From positions 1 through 64,000 of IMG/VR virus record IMGVR_UViG_3300025949_000019: 64,000 bases of DNA; one strand, given 5' to 3'. The stretch's first letter is position 1; the number at the start of each line of letters is the position of its first letter. The position numbers were made by a program, and so were the translations under genes. This DNA comes from a virus. Under the pieces are notes generated by a model. The model was given only the letters and a program-made list of their open reading frames with translations, did not search any database and was not told the origin of the DNA. Of the stretch, positions 55,096 through 64,000 are shown one piece after another.

Positions 55096-55503
55096 ATGGC
55101 TCTAAATGCCCCAAACGAAGGCGAAGCAAGGATGCTCAAGTACATTGTGAACAATGCAACACCTGAGGACCTCTACTTAGTCCTTTTTGGCAACAACATG
55201 ACACCAGCCGAGAATGATAACGTTACGTTCTATACTGAAGTCTCTGGTGGTGGATATGCAAACATCTCACTTGCTGGTGCAAACTGGACTGTGACTGCTG
55301 GTAACAACTCGTTTGCTACATATGCAGCCCAGACATTTAACTTCACAGGTGCGACAACTCCAAACACTGTCTATGGATACATGCTCAAGGGAAAAACCTC
55401 TAACACAGTAATGTGGTCAGAGAGATTTACCGATGGTCCATATCCAATCAACAATAACGGAGATGCAATCACAGTCACACCACGTCTTGAACTAGAAGGC
55501 TAA
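55096..55503 (+). CDS. virion structural protein
   Basis: TEVSGGGY, TVYGY, W.ERF, GD.I.VTP. Confidence 0.7.
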   Translation: MALNAPNEGEARMLKYIVNNATPEDLYLVLFGNNMTPAENDNVTFYTEVSGGGYANISLAGANWTVTAGNNSFATYAAQTFNFTGATTPNTVYGYMLKGKTSNTVMWSERFTDGPYPINNNGDAITVTPRLELEG

Positions 55504-55509
55504 TCTATT

Positions 55510-56223
55510 ATGAGGCAGTACATTGATAAACTTTGCGCTTTGCATGGGTATCTAACACAAGCAAGCGCAGAGGTTGGTGTAACACCGGGCGCCGGCGTCA
55601 ACGTTGCAACAATGCAGGTTGTTTCTGGCGCAAATACAGTGCAATATCAAGTTGTCATGGTTGCAGACGAATCTGGACACGTTCAAGATTCCCTTCCGAC
55701 ATACTACTATGTCACGCCATCAATTGGAACTGGTGCAAATAAGGTGTGGTTAGATATGTTCAATGCGACTGGTTCAGGTAAGACTATGGATATTCGTGGC
55801 TTGTGGATATCACCTAACGCAACCGTCGCTGTCACAGGAACACTTGGTATTCGCCTTGACTTGTTTAGAAGTAATACTGTCGGAACTGGCGGAACGGCTG
55901 CAACCTTCGATGCTGCTGCGGCAGAACAAGCCGGCGGCAACATTTGGAGAGCGGACGTTAACGATGCAGCAATACCAGCCCAAGTCACAGCTAGAGTTGC
56001 ACCAACAGGAGGAGCTACGGCAAATTGTTGGTTGTTTTCTATGCAGTATTTTCCAGAAGAAACAAACGCCGCAATTACCTTAACTCCGGGCATTAACTGG
56101 ATTCCAACATTAAACTTTGGTAAGAGGATTGTTCTTAGGGAAGGTTTTGGTCTCAAGATCGTTCAAGGTGCAGTTGCTTCAGTTGGTAATGCTTCTATAT
56201 TGATAGCTTTTTCACTTCAATAA
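55510..56223 (+). CDS. hypothetical virion protein
   Basis: 237-aa beta-rich ORF in the late operon. Confidence 0.7.
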   Translation: MRQYIDKLCALHGYLTQASAEVGVTPGAGVNVATMQVVSGANTVQYQVVMVADESGHVQDSLPTYYYVTPSIGTGANKVWLDMFNATGSGKTMDIRGLWISPNATVAVTGTLGIRLDLFRSNTVGTGGTAATFDAAAAEQAGGNIWRADVNDAAIPAQVTARVAPTGGATANCWLFSMQYFPEETNAAITLTPGINWIPTLNFGKRIVLREGFGLKIVQGAVASVGNASILIAFSLQ

Positions 56224-56246
56224 TTTTCATTTAGGAGGTATCTGCT

Positions 56247-57839
56247 ATGCTACTTCTTTTGCTAAGAAATAGCAATAGTGCTACCTCCCACGCCTATGTT
56301 CCAACCGGTCAGTTAATTACGGTCTCTGGAACCGCTGTTGCTTCAACAAAATTTGTCTATTCTCCATCAGGCACTATTAAAGTGTCTGGAACCGATGTTG
56401 TCTCAAAGAAACTAAAATACGTTCCAACTGGTCAGAGATTAAATCTAGCTGGCACTGGCAACTTCAACAAGAAGTTTGTATGGTCTCCATCTGGTCAAAT
56501 CCTAAAGATTTCTGGTGTTGCAGCAGACAAGAAGACATTCAAGTGGACTTCTGCGGGATCAACAATACTAATATCCGGCTCTGCAACAACTTCATTACAT
56601 CTAGGATCAATTCATTACACATACACACCAACCGGCCAAATAATCAAGGTCTTTGGTGTCGATACAGTCTCCAAGAAACTAAGATACGTTCCAAGCGGTC
56701 AACTGGTTAGAGTAGCTGGAACCGATCTAGCGACCAAGAAACTATCATACAGTCCAACTGGTGTCATAAGGATTGCCGGCACTGTTTCTGGTGTTATCAA
56801 GTTGAAGTATGTCCCAAGTGGCCAACTAATCAAGGTTTCTGGAACTGATTTAGTAACCAAGAAACTGTCATATGCTGCAACTGGTCTAATCAAAGTTTCT
56901 GGCACTGTTATTGCAGGAAACAAATTTGCATACAGTCCGACAGGTTTGATCAAGGTTGCAGGTGTAGCAACAACCGCAAAGACAACACAATTCCTATATC
57001 ACCCAGCCGGAGTTATTTCTGTAGCTGGCACCTCTAGAATCACGAAGAAACTTGTTTATGCATTCCAAAGTGGTTTGTTGAGAATCGCAGCCTCATCAGT
57101 TTCATATTCATTCAAGAAATCAGTCAAACCTACTGGTCAGCTACTAAAAGTAGCCGGTACTGCGACAACGCGCAAAGCCGCTGCACGAACCTATAGTCCA
57201 GTAGGAACTATCAGAATCTCCGGAAATGTCAACACAGCCACTATCAAGCTGAAATACCAAGCAAGTGGTACAATTTCGGTAGCCGGTGCTGCGGCTCATC
57301 ATCTAAAAATAATTAGCACCGTTAAAAGCGGCTTACTCAGACTTTCTGGAACTGGCTCATACAGGAAAACCTTTGCATATCAACCACTTGGACACGCTTT
57401 TAGTTTAAGCGGCGGATTGCTGAATAAGAAGATATCTTTAGTTTGGCAGGCTTCTGGCGCCGTGATTCTGTCTGGGCAAAGTACCATTTCGAAGAAAATC
57501 ACGTTCAAATCAGACGGTTTGTTGATCAATCTTTCGAACTCAATAAAAAACTATGGCTCATTCATCGGCAGTAAGCATAGTTACGTAGCCTCAGGTGGTT
57601 TGTTTGTCTATGACGATGCTAAGAATGATGAAGGTTGGCATGGTTCGCCATTGATGTATTCCGTGTTCTATAAGCGTGGATCATATGGTTATACGACAAA
57701 AACTAGCTCTCGTTCTGATAAATTTACAGGTAACAATGAAGTTCATTTGGTTGGTTCATCCAATGAAAACAGGGTTCATAACACGGGTACTGTGTCTAGC
57801 AGTATTCGACGTGATACCGTTATCATAAGAAAACGATAA
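56247..57839 (+). CDS. basic repeat protein (~21-22-aa repeats)
   Basis: About 18 repeats of Y.P.G..I.V.GT....KK; SD AGGAGGT. Confidence 0.75.
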   Translation: MLLLLLRNSNSATSHAYVPTGQLITVSGTAVASTKFVYSPSGTIKVSGTDVVSKKLKYVPTGQRLNLAGTGNFNKKFVWSPSGQILKISGVAADKKTFKWTSAGSTILISGSATTSLHLGSIHYTYTPTGQIIKVFGVDTVSKKLRYVPSGQLVRVAGTDLATKKLSYSPTGVIRIAGTVSGVIKLKYVPSGQLIKVSGTDLVTKKLSYAATGLIKVSGTVIAGNKFAYSPTGLIKVAGVATTAKTTQFLYHPAGVISVAGTSRITKKLVYAFQSGLLRIAASSVSYSFKKSVKPTGQLLKVAGTATTRKAAARTYSPVGTIRISGNVNTATIKLKYQASGTISVAGAAAHHLKIISTVKSGLLRLSGTGSYRKTFAYQPLGHAFSLSGGLLNKKISLVWQASGAVILSGQSTISKKITFKSDGLLINLSNSIKNYGSFIGSKHSYVASGGLFVYDDAKNDEGWHGSPLMYSVFYKRGSYGYTTKTSSRSDKFTGNNEVHLVGSSNENRVHNTGTVSSSIRRDTVIIRKR

Positions 57840-57868
57840 ATAGGTAAAATACACAGGAGAGAAAATAG

Positions 57869-58621
57869 ATGGCGTTTCCAACAACCAGAGACCAATTTAC
57901 CGATCGTTGCTTAAGAGCCCTTGGTGCGCCTGTCATTGAGATTAACGTAGATGAAGATCAGGTAGCAGACAGAATTGACGATGCATTGAACAAATATTGG
58001 GACTATCACCATGACGGTATCGAGCATATGTACCTAAAATACCAAATAACGGCTGGTGACGTTGCCAACACATATATTCCAATTCCAGATAACGTCCGTG
58101 GTGTAACGCGCATTCTTCCATTAGTCGGTGGTGGTCTGACTTCCGGTGCTATCAATATGTTTGATGTTAGATATCAGTACATGCTGAATAATCTACCAAA
58201 CTTTACTTCACTATCGTATGTTGATTTTGAAATCACGATGATGCACATCGAAATGTTGAACATGTTTTTCAACGGACTTCCCGGAATTCGCTTTAACGTA
58301 AAGACAAATAGACTATGGCTTGATATTGATTGGAAAGTGGATACACTTCCGGGACAGTGGGTTATCATTGAGGCTTCCACAATTGTTGATCCAGATGCAT
58401 ATCCAAAGACATGGAGTGATGATTGGTTGTTTAGATATTCTACATGTCTGATCAAACGCCAGTGGGGTGCGAATTTAAAAAAATTCAATGCAGTTCAATT
58501 ACCCGGTGGAATCATGCTAGATGGTCAGACGATCTACAATGAAGCTGAGGCTGATAGAGTTGCACTAGAATTAGAACTTCGTGATGTTCATGAGGAACCA
58601 CCAGCCTTCATAATGGGCTAA
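57869..58621 (+). CDS. gp13: neck protein
   Basis: CLR.LG.PVIEINVD.DQ..DRIDDAL, KRQWG.NL.KF..VQLPGG. Confidence 0.95.
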   Translation: MAFPTTRDQFTDRCLRALGAPVIEINVDEDQVADRIDDALNKYWDYHHDGIEHMYLKYQITAGDVANTYIPIPDNVRGVTRILPLVGGGLTSGAINMFDVRYQYMLNNLPNFTSLSYVDFEITMMHIEMLNMFFNGLPGIRFNVKTNRLWLDIDWKVDTLPGQWVIIEASTIVDPDAYPKTWSDDWLFRYSTCLIKRQWGANLKKFNAVQLPGGIMLDGQTIYNEAEADRVALELELRDVHEEPPAFIMG

Positions 58622-58627
58622 AGAAAA

Positions 58628-59530
58628 ATGTCATCGACATATATCAATTCTCAAGCATTACTAGGTGTCTCAGGTGAACAATATATAATTGAAGACCTGA
58701 TGAATGAGGTCATTCATAATTTTGGCATCGATGCATATTTGATCCCAAGAGATGAAAATACTCCATTTGATATGGTCTATGGTGAGGACCCACTAAAGAC
58801 ATTCAAGAAAAATTTCGGCATTGAAGTCTACATCAACAACCCGACTCAATGGGATGGTGTTGGTGATTTCTTTTCTAAGTTTGGTCTTGAATTTAGGGAT
58901 GATAGTAATATCATTGTAACTCGAAGAATGTTCATGAGAAGGGTGCCCACGATTTACAACCAACAAGGTGGCGGACCAAGAGAAGGCGATCTAATTTGGA
59001 TTCCACTGACAAATGCACTTGTTGAAATCAAGAACACAAACGAAGAAAAAAGCTTCTACATGCTAGGTAGAAAAGTCCCATATTTCTATGAAATGAGATG
59101 TGAACGCTTCCGTTACTCGAACGAGAAATTTACTACTGGATTGGATGACGTGGACAGCCAACTTATCGATCATGGATATTTGATTCAATTCAATCTGTCC
59201 ACAACGGGGAATGGATTCTATACAAAGTACGAGACTGTCTATCAGTCACCAACACCATTGCCACTAGACCAGATCGCACTTGTAAACGCAACTGCTGTCG
59301 TAGAAGAATATGATTCATCTAGAGCAATCTTGAACGTTGCTCACACGAAAGGCGTCTTTACTGCAAACATCCCAATTTGGGGTGCAAACAGCAATGCTTC
59401 TTATGTCTTGATTAGCTACGATGATATGATGGATGTTCGTGAGGATACAATCATTGATAACAGACGTTTGGAAATCGAAGGTAATAACATCATCGACTTC
59501 ACAGTTCAAAACCCATTCGGAACACCATAA
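58628..59530 (+). CDS. gp14: neck protein
   Basis: EQ...EDL..E.I...G.D..Y.PR, SKFGLE, PREGDLI, CE.F.YS.E, NPFG. Confidence 0.93.
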   Translation: MSSTYINSQALLGVSGEQYIIEDLMNEVIHNFGIDAYLIPRDENTPFDMVYGEDPLKTFKKNFGIEVYINNPTQWDGVGDFFSKFGLEFRDDSNIIVTRRMFMRRVPTIYNQQGGGPREGDLIWIPLTNALVEIKNTNEEKSFYMLGRKVPYFYEMRCERFRYSNEKFTTGLDDVDSQLIDHGYLIQFNLSTTGNGFYTKYETVYQSPTPLPLDQIALVNATAVVEEYDSSRAILNVAHTKGVFTANIPIWGANSNASYVLISYDDMMDVREDTIIDNRRLEIEGNNIIDFTVQNPFGTP

Positions 59531-59533
59531 AAT

Positions 59534-59860
59534 ATGAGTAAGGTGAAGACATTTAAAGAATTGATGGTAGATTTGAGAAGGGGATACGATCCAGCCAGAG
59601 GTTGGGCCGAGGTTCACTTAAAAGGCGTCTATCGAATTCCATTAAAACATATCAGGTCGACAGCAAATCCTCAATTTTATGGAAATGTCAAGAAATATGC
59701 AAGATGGCTCAAAAAAGGAAGAGCCAAAACAGTACCACCTATCGTAGTTTATCGTGGAGAGAGCAACAAGCATTTTTACGTCTATGATGGACTCCATAGA
59801 TTAAAAGCACATAGATTAGTAAAAAGAAAATCAATTAAGGCAAAGGTAGACGCATTCTAA
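59534..59860 (+). CDS. ParB/Srx N-terminal-like small basic protein
   Basis: PPIVV...YDGLHRL.A. Confidence 0.7.
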   Translation: MSKVKTFKELMVDLRRGYDPARGWAEVHLKGVYRIPLKHIRSTANPQFYGNVKKYARWLKKGRAKTVPPIVVYRGESNKHFYVYDGLHRLKAHRLVKRKSIKAKVDAF

Positions 59861-59861
59861 A

Positions 59862-60887
59862 ATGCTTCAGGGACATTTTTATCACAAGACACTTAGGAAG
59901 ATCGTTGCTGCATTCGGCACGATGTTCAATTCCATCATATTGGTAAAGTATGATGCGAACATGGTTGAGCAAGAACGCCTAAAAGTCCCATTGACATATG
60001 CACAGAAAGAAAAGTTCATCTATGCATTGATTACAGAGAATGTTCCAAAGAAGATAACACAGATCGAACTCCCAAGAATGTCCTTTGAAATGACAGGTCT
60101 TGCATATGACGCACAGAGAAAACTGCCGTCATTGAACAGAAACTTCAATAGAAACACATCCAACAATTCATTGCTAGTCCAGAATTACACGCCAGTTCCA
60201 TATGATTTCTCATTTGAATTGAACATTTATACTCGAAACATTGAAGACATGAGCCAGATCATCGAGCAGATTGTTCCGTATTTCACACCAGATTATACTG
60301 TAACAATTTCATTAGTGAATGAAAATGGGGTTGCAATCAACAGGGACATTCCAATAACGCTCCAAGGAATCATTCCACAGGTTGAATTTGACTCGGATGG
60401 TATAACTCCTAGAGTCGTGATATATACAATGTCATTCACGATGAAAGCCTATCTATTTGGACCATTAACGAACTCTGCAATCATCAGAAAAGCCTTTGCT
60501 TCGATCTATGACACACTAGCTGAAGATACAGAGGAAACAATCGTTATGCAAGCTGGCGGAATTGGAAACTATAGATTTGAAGAAGAAGTCTATGCAGGTA
60601 ACAACTGGATCAATGCAGATTGGACCGGTCGTGTTATCAATTGGGATTTGTCTAGAAGAACACTGTATATCTATCAAGTTCAAGGAAAGAACCTGCCCAC
60701 AAACGGAGACATTGTGACTGGATTTGAATCTGGTGCTCGTTGGAATATAGCAACTGCATCTCGTTCGTTCTTGAAACACGCACAGATCGTCGCAGAACCA
60801 TTCCCAACGACAGCAAACGTTGGAGATGCAAATGTCATCTTTACTGCTAATACAACAGAATTCCCTAACACCGCACCTGGACCTTAA
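59862..60887 (+). CDS. gp15: tail sheath stabiliser/terminator
   Basis: FYH...RK...AFGT.FN, KVPL.YA..EKF, LPRMSFE, PVPY, QI.EQI.PYF.P. Confidence 0.95.
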   Translation: MLQGHFYHKTLRKIVAAFGTMFNSIILVKYDANMVEQERLKVPLTYAQKEKFIYALITENVPKKITQIELPRMSFEMTGLAYDAQRKLPSLNRNFNRNTSNNSLLVQNYTPVPYDFSFELNIYTRNIEDMSQIIEQIVPYFTPDYTVTISLVNENGVAINRDIPITLQGIIPQVEFDSDGITPRVVIYTMSFTMKAYLFGPLTNSAIIRKAFASIYDTLAEDTEETIVMQAGGIGNYRFEEEVYAGNNWINADWTGRVINWDLSRRTLYIYQVQGKNLPTNGDIVTGFESGARWNIATASRSFLKHAQIVAEPFPTTANVGDANVIFTANTTEFPNTAPGP

Positions 60888-61477
60888 TGCATATGCCTAA
60901 GATTCCATTCAAACAACTGAAGGTGCTGTTAACAAAGGGGAAAACCGCAGCAAAGAAAGCCGTGAAAGTTAAGAAAAAATTTGTAGGCATTGATGCTGAA
61001 TCTAGAAAATATCTAAATGCAGTTTCTCCATATTGGCAACGATTGGGTCAAACATACGGCGTAGCTATAGAGCATAAGCTACCGGAGAAGAATGTAAATA
61101 TAAAAGCTGAGATAGAAAAAATGATTGATCATTTCAACAAAGATTATAATTGCCGCTTGGAGTTAATAAACACAGGCCATTGTGCTGAATTTGCAGATGA
61201 ATTAATAGAAAAAACTGGAGGCCTTGTTGTCGGAAATGATCATCCACACTTGCTGAAGCGAAGAAAATTACCTGGCGGTGGTATGGCGTGGAGCCAACCA
61301 GATATGCCAGGTCATGTATGGATTTTCTGGAAGGGGAAACATTATGATGCCATGACGCGCGATGGTGTTAAAGACTGGCGCGATTTGGATATTTTTAAAT
61401 CACAAGGTGTATTTGAGCCAGAAAAGAAAAAAATTAATCCTTATACAGGACTAGAGGAAGATTATGAAACAATCTGA
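60887..61477 (+). CDS. hypothetical protein with Cys-His-Asp papain/transglutaminase-like triad
   Basis: NTGHCAEFA...GHVWI...HYDA. Confidence 0.6.
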   Translation: MHMPKIPFKQLKVLLTKGKTAAKKAVKVKKKFVGIDAESRKYLNAVSPYWQRLGQTYGVAIEHKLPEKNVNIKAEIEKMIDHFNKDYNCRLELINTGHCAEFADELIEKTGGLVVGNDHPHLLKRRKLPGGGMAWSQPDMPGHVWIFWKGKHYDAMTRDGVKDWRDLDIFKSQGVFEPEKKKINPYTGLEEDYETI

Positions 61478-62027
61478 GATTATCAACATCAAAATTGCAG
61501 AAACGCTTGGTATCGAACCAACAAAGACGACAACTGATCTACCAGCAAAGGTTGATGTAGAACCATTGCCAGTTCCAGCAGAGAAAACAAAATTAGAAAT
61601 CCTTCGAGACAAACCATTAGAAGAAGTCATCATAGATGAAGACTTTAATGATGCGCGAGATAATCTGAAGGATATCATCGAAAAGACAAACGATGCAATA
61701 ACAAAACTCTCAATGATTGCAGAGGAATCGGAATCACCAAGAGCCTTCGAGGTCTTGGAAAAACTTCTTCGCCAAGCCACGGACGCAAACGATAAACTAT
61801 TGAATCTATCAAAGCAAAGAAAAGAATTAACAAAAGGTTTGCCGATTCAACAGAAACCGCGTGGACATGAAGACTCAAACCAGCCTCCTGTCGTTCACCA
61901 AAACATTGAGAATGCAGTCTTCGTCGGTAACAGCACCGACCTAGACAAGATGTTATCAGAGAGAAGAAATAAACAAAAGGAACAGAATGTTCAATTACCA
62001 ACCGGTACCGTACAGGATCAAGAGTAG
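61464..62027 (+). CDS. gp16: terminase small subunit
   Basis: DF..AR.NL, A.ESESPRAFEV, NAVFVG.S.DL.KML. Confidence 0.92.
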   Translation: MKQSEIINIKIAETLGIEPTKTTTDLPAKVDVEPLPVPAEKTKLEILRDKPLEEVIIDEDFNDARDNLKDIIEKTNDAITKLSMIAEESESPRAFEVLEKLLRQATDANDKLLNLSKQRKELTKGLPIQQKPRGHEDSNQPPVVHQNIENAVFVGNSTDLDKMLSERRNKQKEQNVQLPTGTVQDQE

Positions 62028-63789
62028 TCATAAAGGCAAGCTACCAGTCGGGTTCAAAAACAATCCAAAGCTGTTACCAGCAAACGTAACAATCGAGTGG
62101 GACATAGAACAATTAGATGAATATGAAAAGTGTTCACAAGACCCACTTTACTTCATTGATACCTACTGCCAGATCAGAACCCTAGACAAAGGTCTTCAGC
62201 CTTTTAGATTGTATCCAAGACAAAAGGAAATGATAACGCTTTTCCATGAGGAAAGGTTTATCATAGTAAGAGCCGCACGTCAGGTCGGAAAATCAGAATC
62301 AGCCGCAGCTTACATGCTCTGGTATGCACTATTCAATCCACAGAAGTTCGTCGCAATCCTAGCAAACAAAGAAAAAACCGCGAAGGAAATCCTGCTAAAA
62401 GCAAAGAGAGCATTCATGGAATTGCCATTTTGGCTTCAGAAGGGCGTAACCTCTTGGAACCAAAACGACATTGAATTTGAAAATGGTTCTCGTCTTATGG
62501 CAGCCTCTACTGCATCGGACGCAATTCGTGGATACACGATTAACCTTCTGTTTCTTGACGAATTCGCGCACGTTGAGACAAACCAAGCAGAAGAATTCTT
62601 CCAAGCTGTTTTCCCGACAATTTCATCTGGAGAAACCTCCAAGATCATAATCGTATCGACACCAAAAGGTTACAACCTGTTTTGGAAGCTTTGGGACGAA
62701 TCCTGCAAGATCATCAAAGAAACAGGCAAATCAAAGAACGGTTTCAAGAACTTCTTCTTCCACTATGCAGAAGTTCCTGGTAGGGATGAAGCGTGGGTTC
62801 AGGCTCAGCTTCATGCACTAGGTCCAGTTGGTTTCAGAAGTGAGGTCCTTTGTGACTTCATGGGTTCTAGCATGACGTTGATTTCGCCGGATGCAATGAA
62901 CAGAATGACACCGGACGATCCAATCAACACAGAAGGTCGCTCTGACGATGTTGGGGCTGTTCACCATGGTTTGGATATCTACAAACTGCCAGAACCAGAT
63001 CATTCCTATGTCATTGTCGTTGATACATCTAGAGGGCACCATTTGGACTATTCTGCATTTGTTGTCTTTGATATCACACAGATGCCATATAGAATAGTGG
63101 CTAAATATAGAAGAAACGACATATCGACATTGGTTTATCCAACAATCATTTCTGACGTTGGTAAGAGATACAACGATGCATATGCACTGGTCGAAATCAA
63201 CGATGCAGGACAACAGGTTGCAGACTTAATGGTTACAGAGTGTGAGTACGAAAATATGTTCTATACATCAAAGAGCCGTTCACCTGCAAATCAGCCAGAA
63301 TTCATCGGCAATCCAAAGACAATTTCATTCCCGGGTATCAGAACAACGAAACCCGTAAAGAGAATCGGATGTAATGCATTTAAGACATTGGTAGAATTAG
63401 ATCACCTGATCATAAATGACTATCACCTGATCTTTGAAATTTCAACTTTTGTTATGACAAAAGATTCATTCGAAGCGGAAGAAGGCAAGAACGATGACTT
63501 GGTTATGTGTTGTGTTTTGTTCTCTTGGTTGACAACCCAGAACTTCTTCAAGGACCTGACTAACATTGATGTTAGGAAGAAAGTCTTGGAGAATTTTAGG
63601 CAAGAACGCGATGAAATGATGTTGCCAATCGTCGTCATAAACATGGACGATACTGAAACCGGCACTGATCCGAGGGAGAAAAACACTCCATTGGTCGTGA
63701 AGGAAGACGGTGATTTGTGGTTTAGAGGGAATGCAACGATGGATAATGTCTATGACTATCTTGGCATACCAAAATCCCCAAAGTTCTAA
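61987..63789 (+). CDS. gp17: terminase large subunit
   Basis: RQVGKS, LFLDEFAHV, IIVSTPKG.N, VDTSRG...DYS, EIND.G, DDLVM. Confidence 0.97.
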   Translation: MFNYQPVPYRIKSSHKGKLPVGFKNNPKLLPANVTIEWDIEQLDEYEKCSQDPLYFIDTYCQIRTLDKGLQPFRLYPRQKEMITLFHEERFIIVRAARQVGKSESAAAYMLWYALFNPQKFVAILANKEKTAKEILLKAKRAFMELPFWLQKGVTSWNQNDIEFENGSRLMAASTASDAIRGYTINLLFLDEFAHVETNQAEEFFQAVFPTISSGETSKIIIVSTPKGYNLFWKLWDESCKIIKETGKSKNGFKNFFFHYAEVPGRDEAWVQAQLHALGPVGFRSEVLCDFMGSSMTLISPDAMNRMTPDDPINTEGRSDDVGAVHHGLDIYKLPEPDHSYVIVVDTSRGHHLDYSAFVVFDITQMPYRIVAKYRRNDISTLVYPTIISDVGKRYNDAYALVEINDAGQQVADLMVTECEYENMFYTSKSRSPANQPEFIGNPKTISFPGIRTTKPVKRIGCNAFKTLVELDHLIINDYHLIFEISTFVMTKDSFEAEEGKNDDLVMCCVLFSWLTTQNFFKDLTNIDVRKKVLENFRQERDEMMLPIVVINMDDTETGTDPREKNTPLVVKEDGDLWFRGNATMDNVYDYLGIPKSPKF

Positions 63790-63849
63790 ATAGTTGAAGA
63801 TGAAAATAGCAGCAAAATAATATAGAAAAAAGAACAAGGAGATACACTA

Positions 63850-64000
63850 ATGAGCTTCCAGTTAAGTCCCGGCGTAGCGGTCTCAGAAATTGACCTAACA
63901 ACTATCGTACCAAGCGTTGCCTCAACGGGTGGTGCATATGCAGGATTTTTTGCATGGGGTCCTATTGGATTGCCAGTATTGATCCCAAATCAAGATCAAC
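63850..64000 (+). CDS. gp18: tail sheath protein, 5' part (partial)
   Basis: MSFQLSPGV.VSEIDLT...AG.FAWGP; SD AAGGAG; CTAAATA at 63786. Confidence 0.93.
   Translation, partial: MSFQLSPGVAVSEIDLTTIVPSVASTGGAYAGFFAWGPIGLPVLIPNQDQ

Noticed and set aside
61987-63789. Intron or intein in the large terminase
   Set aside because: The ORF is continuous, of normal size, and has no intein motifs.
1-64000. CRISPR array, integrase or IS element
   Set aside because: No regularly spaced nucleotide repeats or recombinase/transposase motifs seen; the repeats found are protein-level, in fibre genes.

Overview
This is a 64-kb segment of a large lytic T4-like myovirus that uses the standard genetic code. The host is probably a Proteobacterium, inferred from IHF-consensus sites at sigma70 promoters and an ANDENF-type tmRNA tag. 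1-3.9 kb is an RNA-rich island: seven tRNA genes (one with an atypical anticodon loop), a ~940-nt GOLLD-like giant structured RNA containing a degenerate tRNA-like domain, and several stem-closed small RNAs. 3.9-26 kb holds early/accessory and replication genes: AAA ATPase, RNA ligase, Acb1-like 2H phosphodiesterase, glycosyltransferase, TOPRIM protein, T7 gp0.7-like kinase, phosphoesterases, PhoH, exonuclease, a circularly permuted two-piece tmRNA, vWA protein, SleB-like hydrolase, GuaC, gp33, MazG-like protein, gp59 and gp32. 26-64 kb is the morphogenesis block: tape-measure/SLT, gp51/gp26, gp54, gp2, gp4, gp48, gp53, gp27-like, gp5, gp5.4, gp25, gp6, gp7, gp8, fibres, gp13-gp17 and the start of gp18. 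The most striking observation is a GIY-YIG homing endonuclease that has invaded the 5' end of the PAAR spike gene (gp5.4). The rebuilt PAAR gene carries a 10-nt CAT-TAG-TTGC-CAT insertion, and hopping over it restores the protein exactly. This looks like a miniature homing endonuclease + ribosomal bypass cassette analogous to T4 mobA/gene 60. A second recoding candidate is a T TTT TTT -1 frameshift joining gp26 to gp51 just upstream of the tape-measure gene. All assignments come from motif reading and recall of family sequences; no searches were run.
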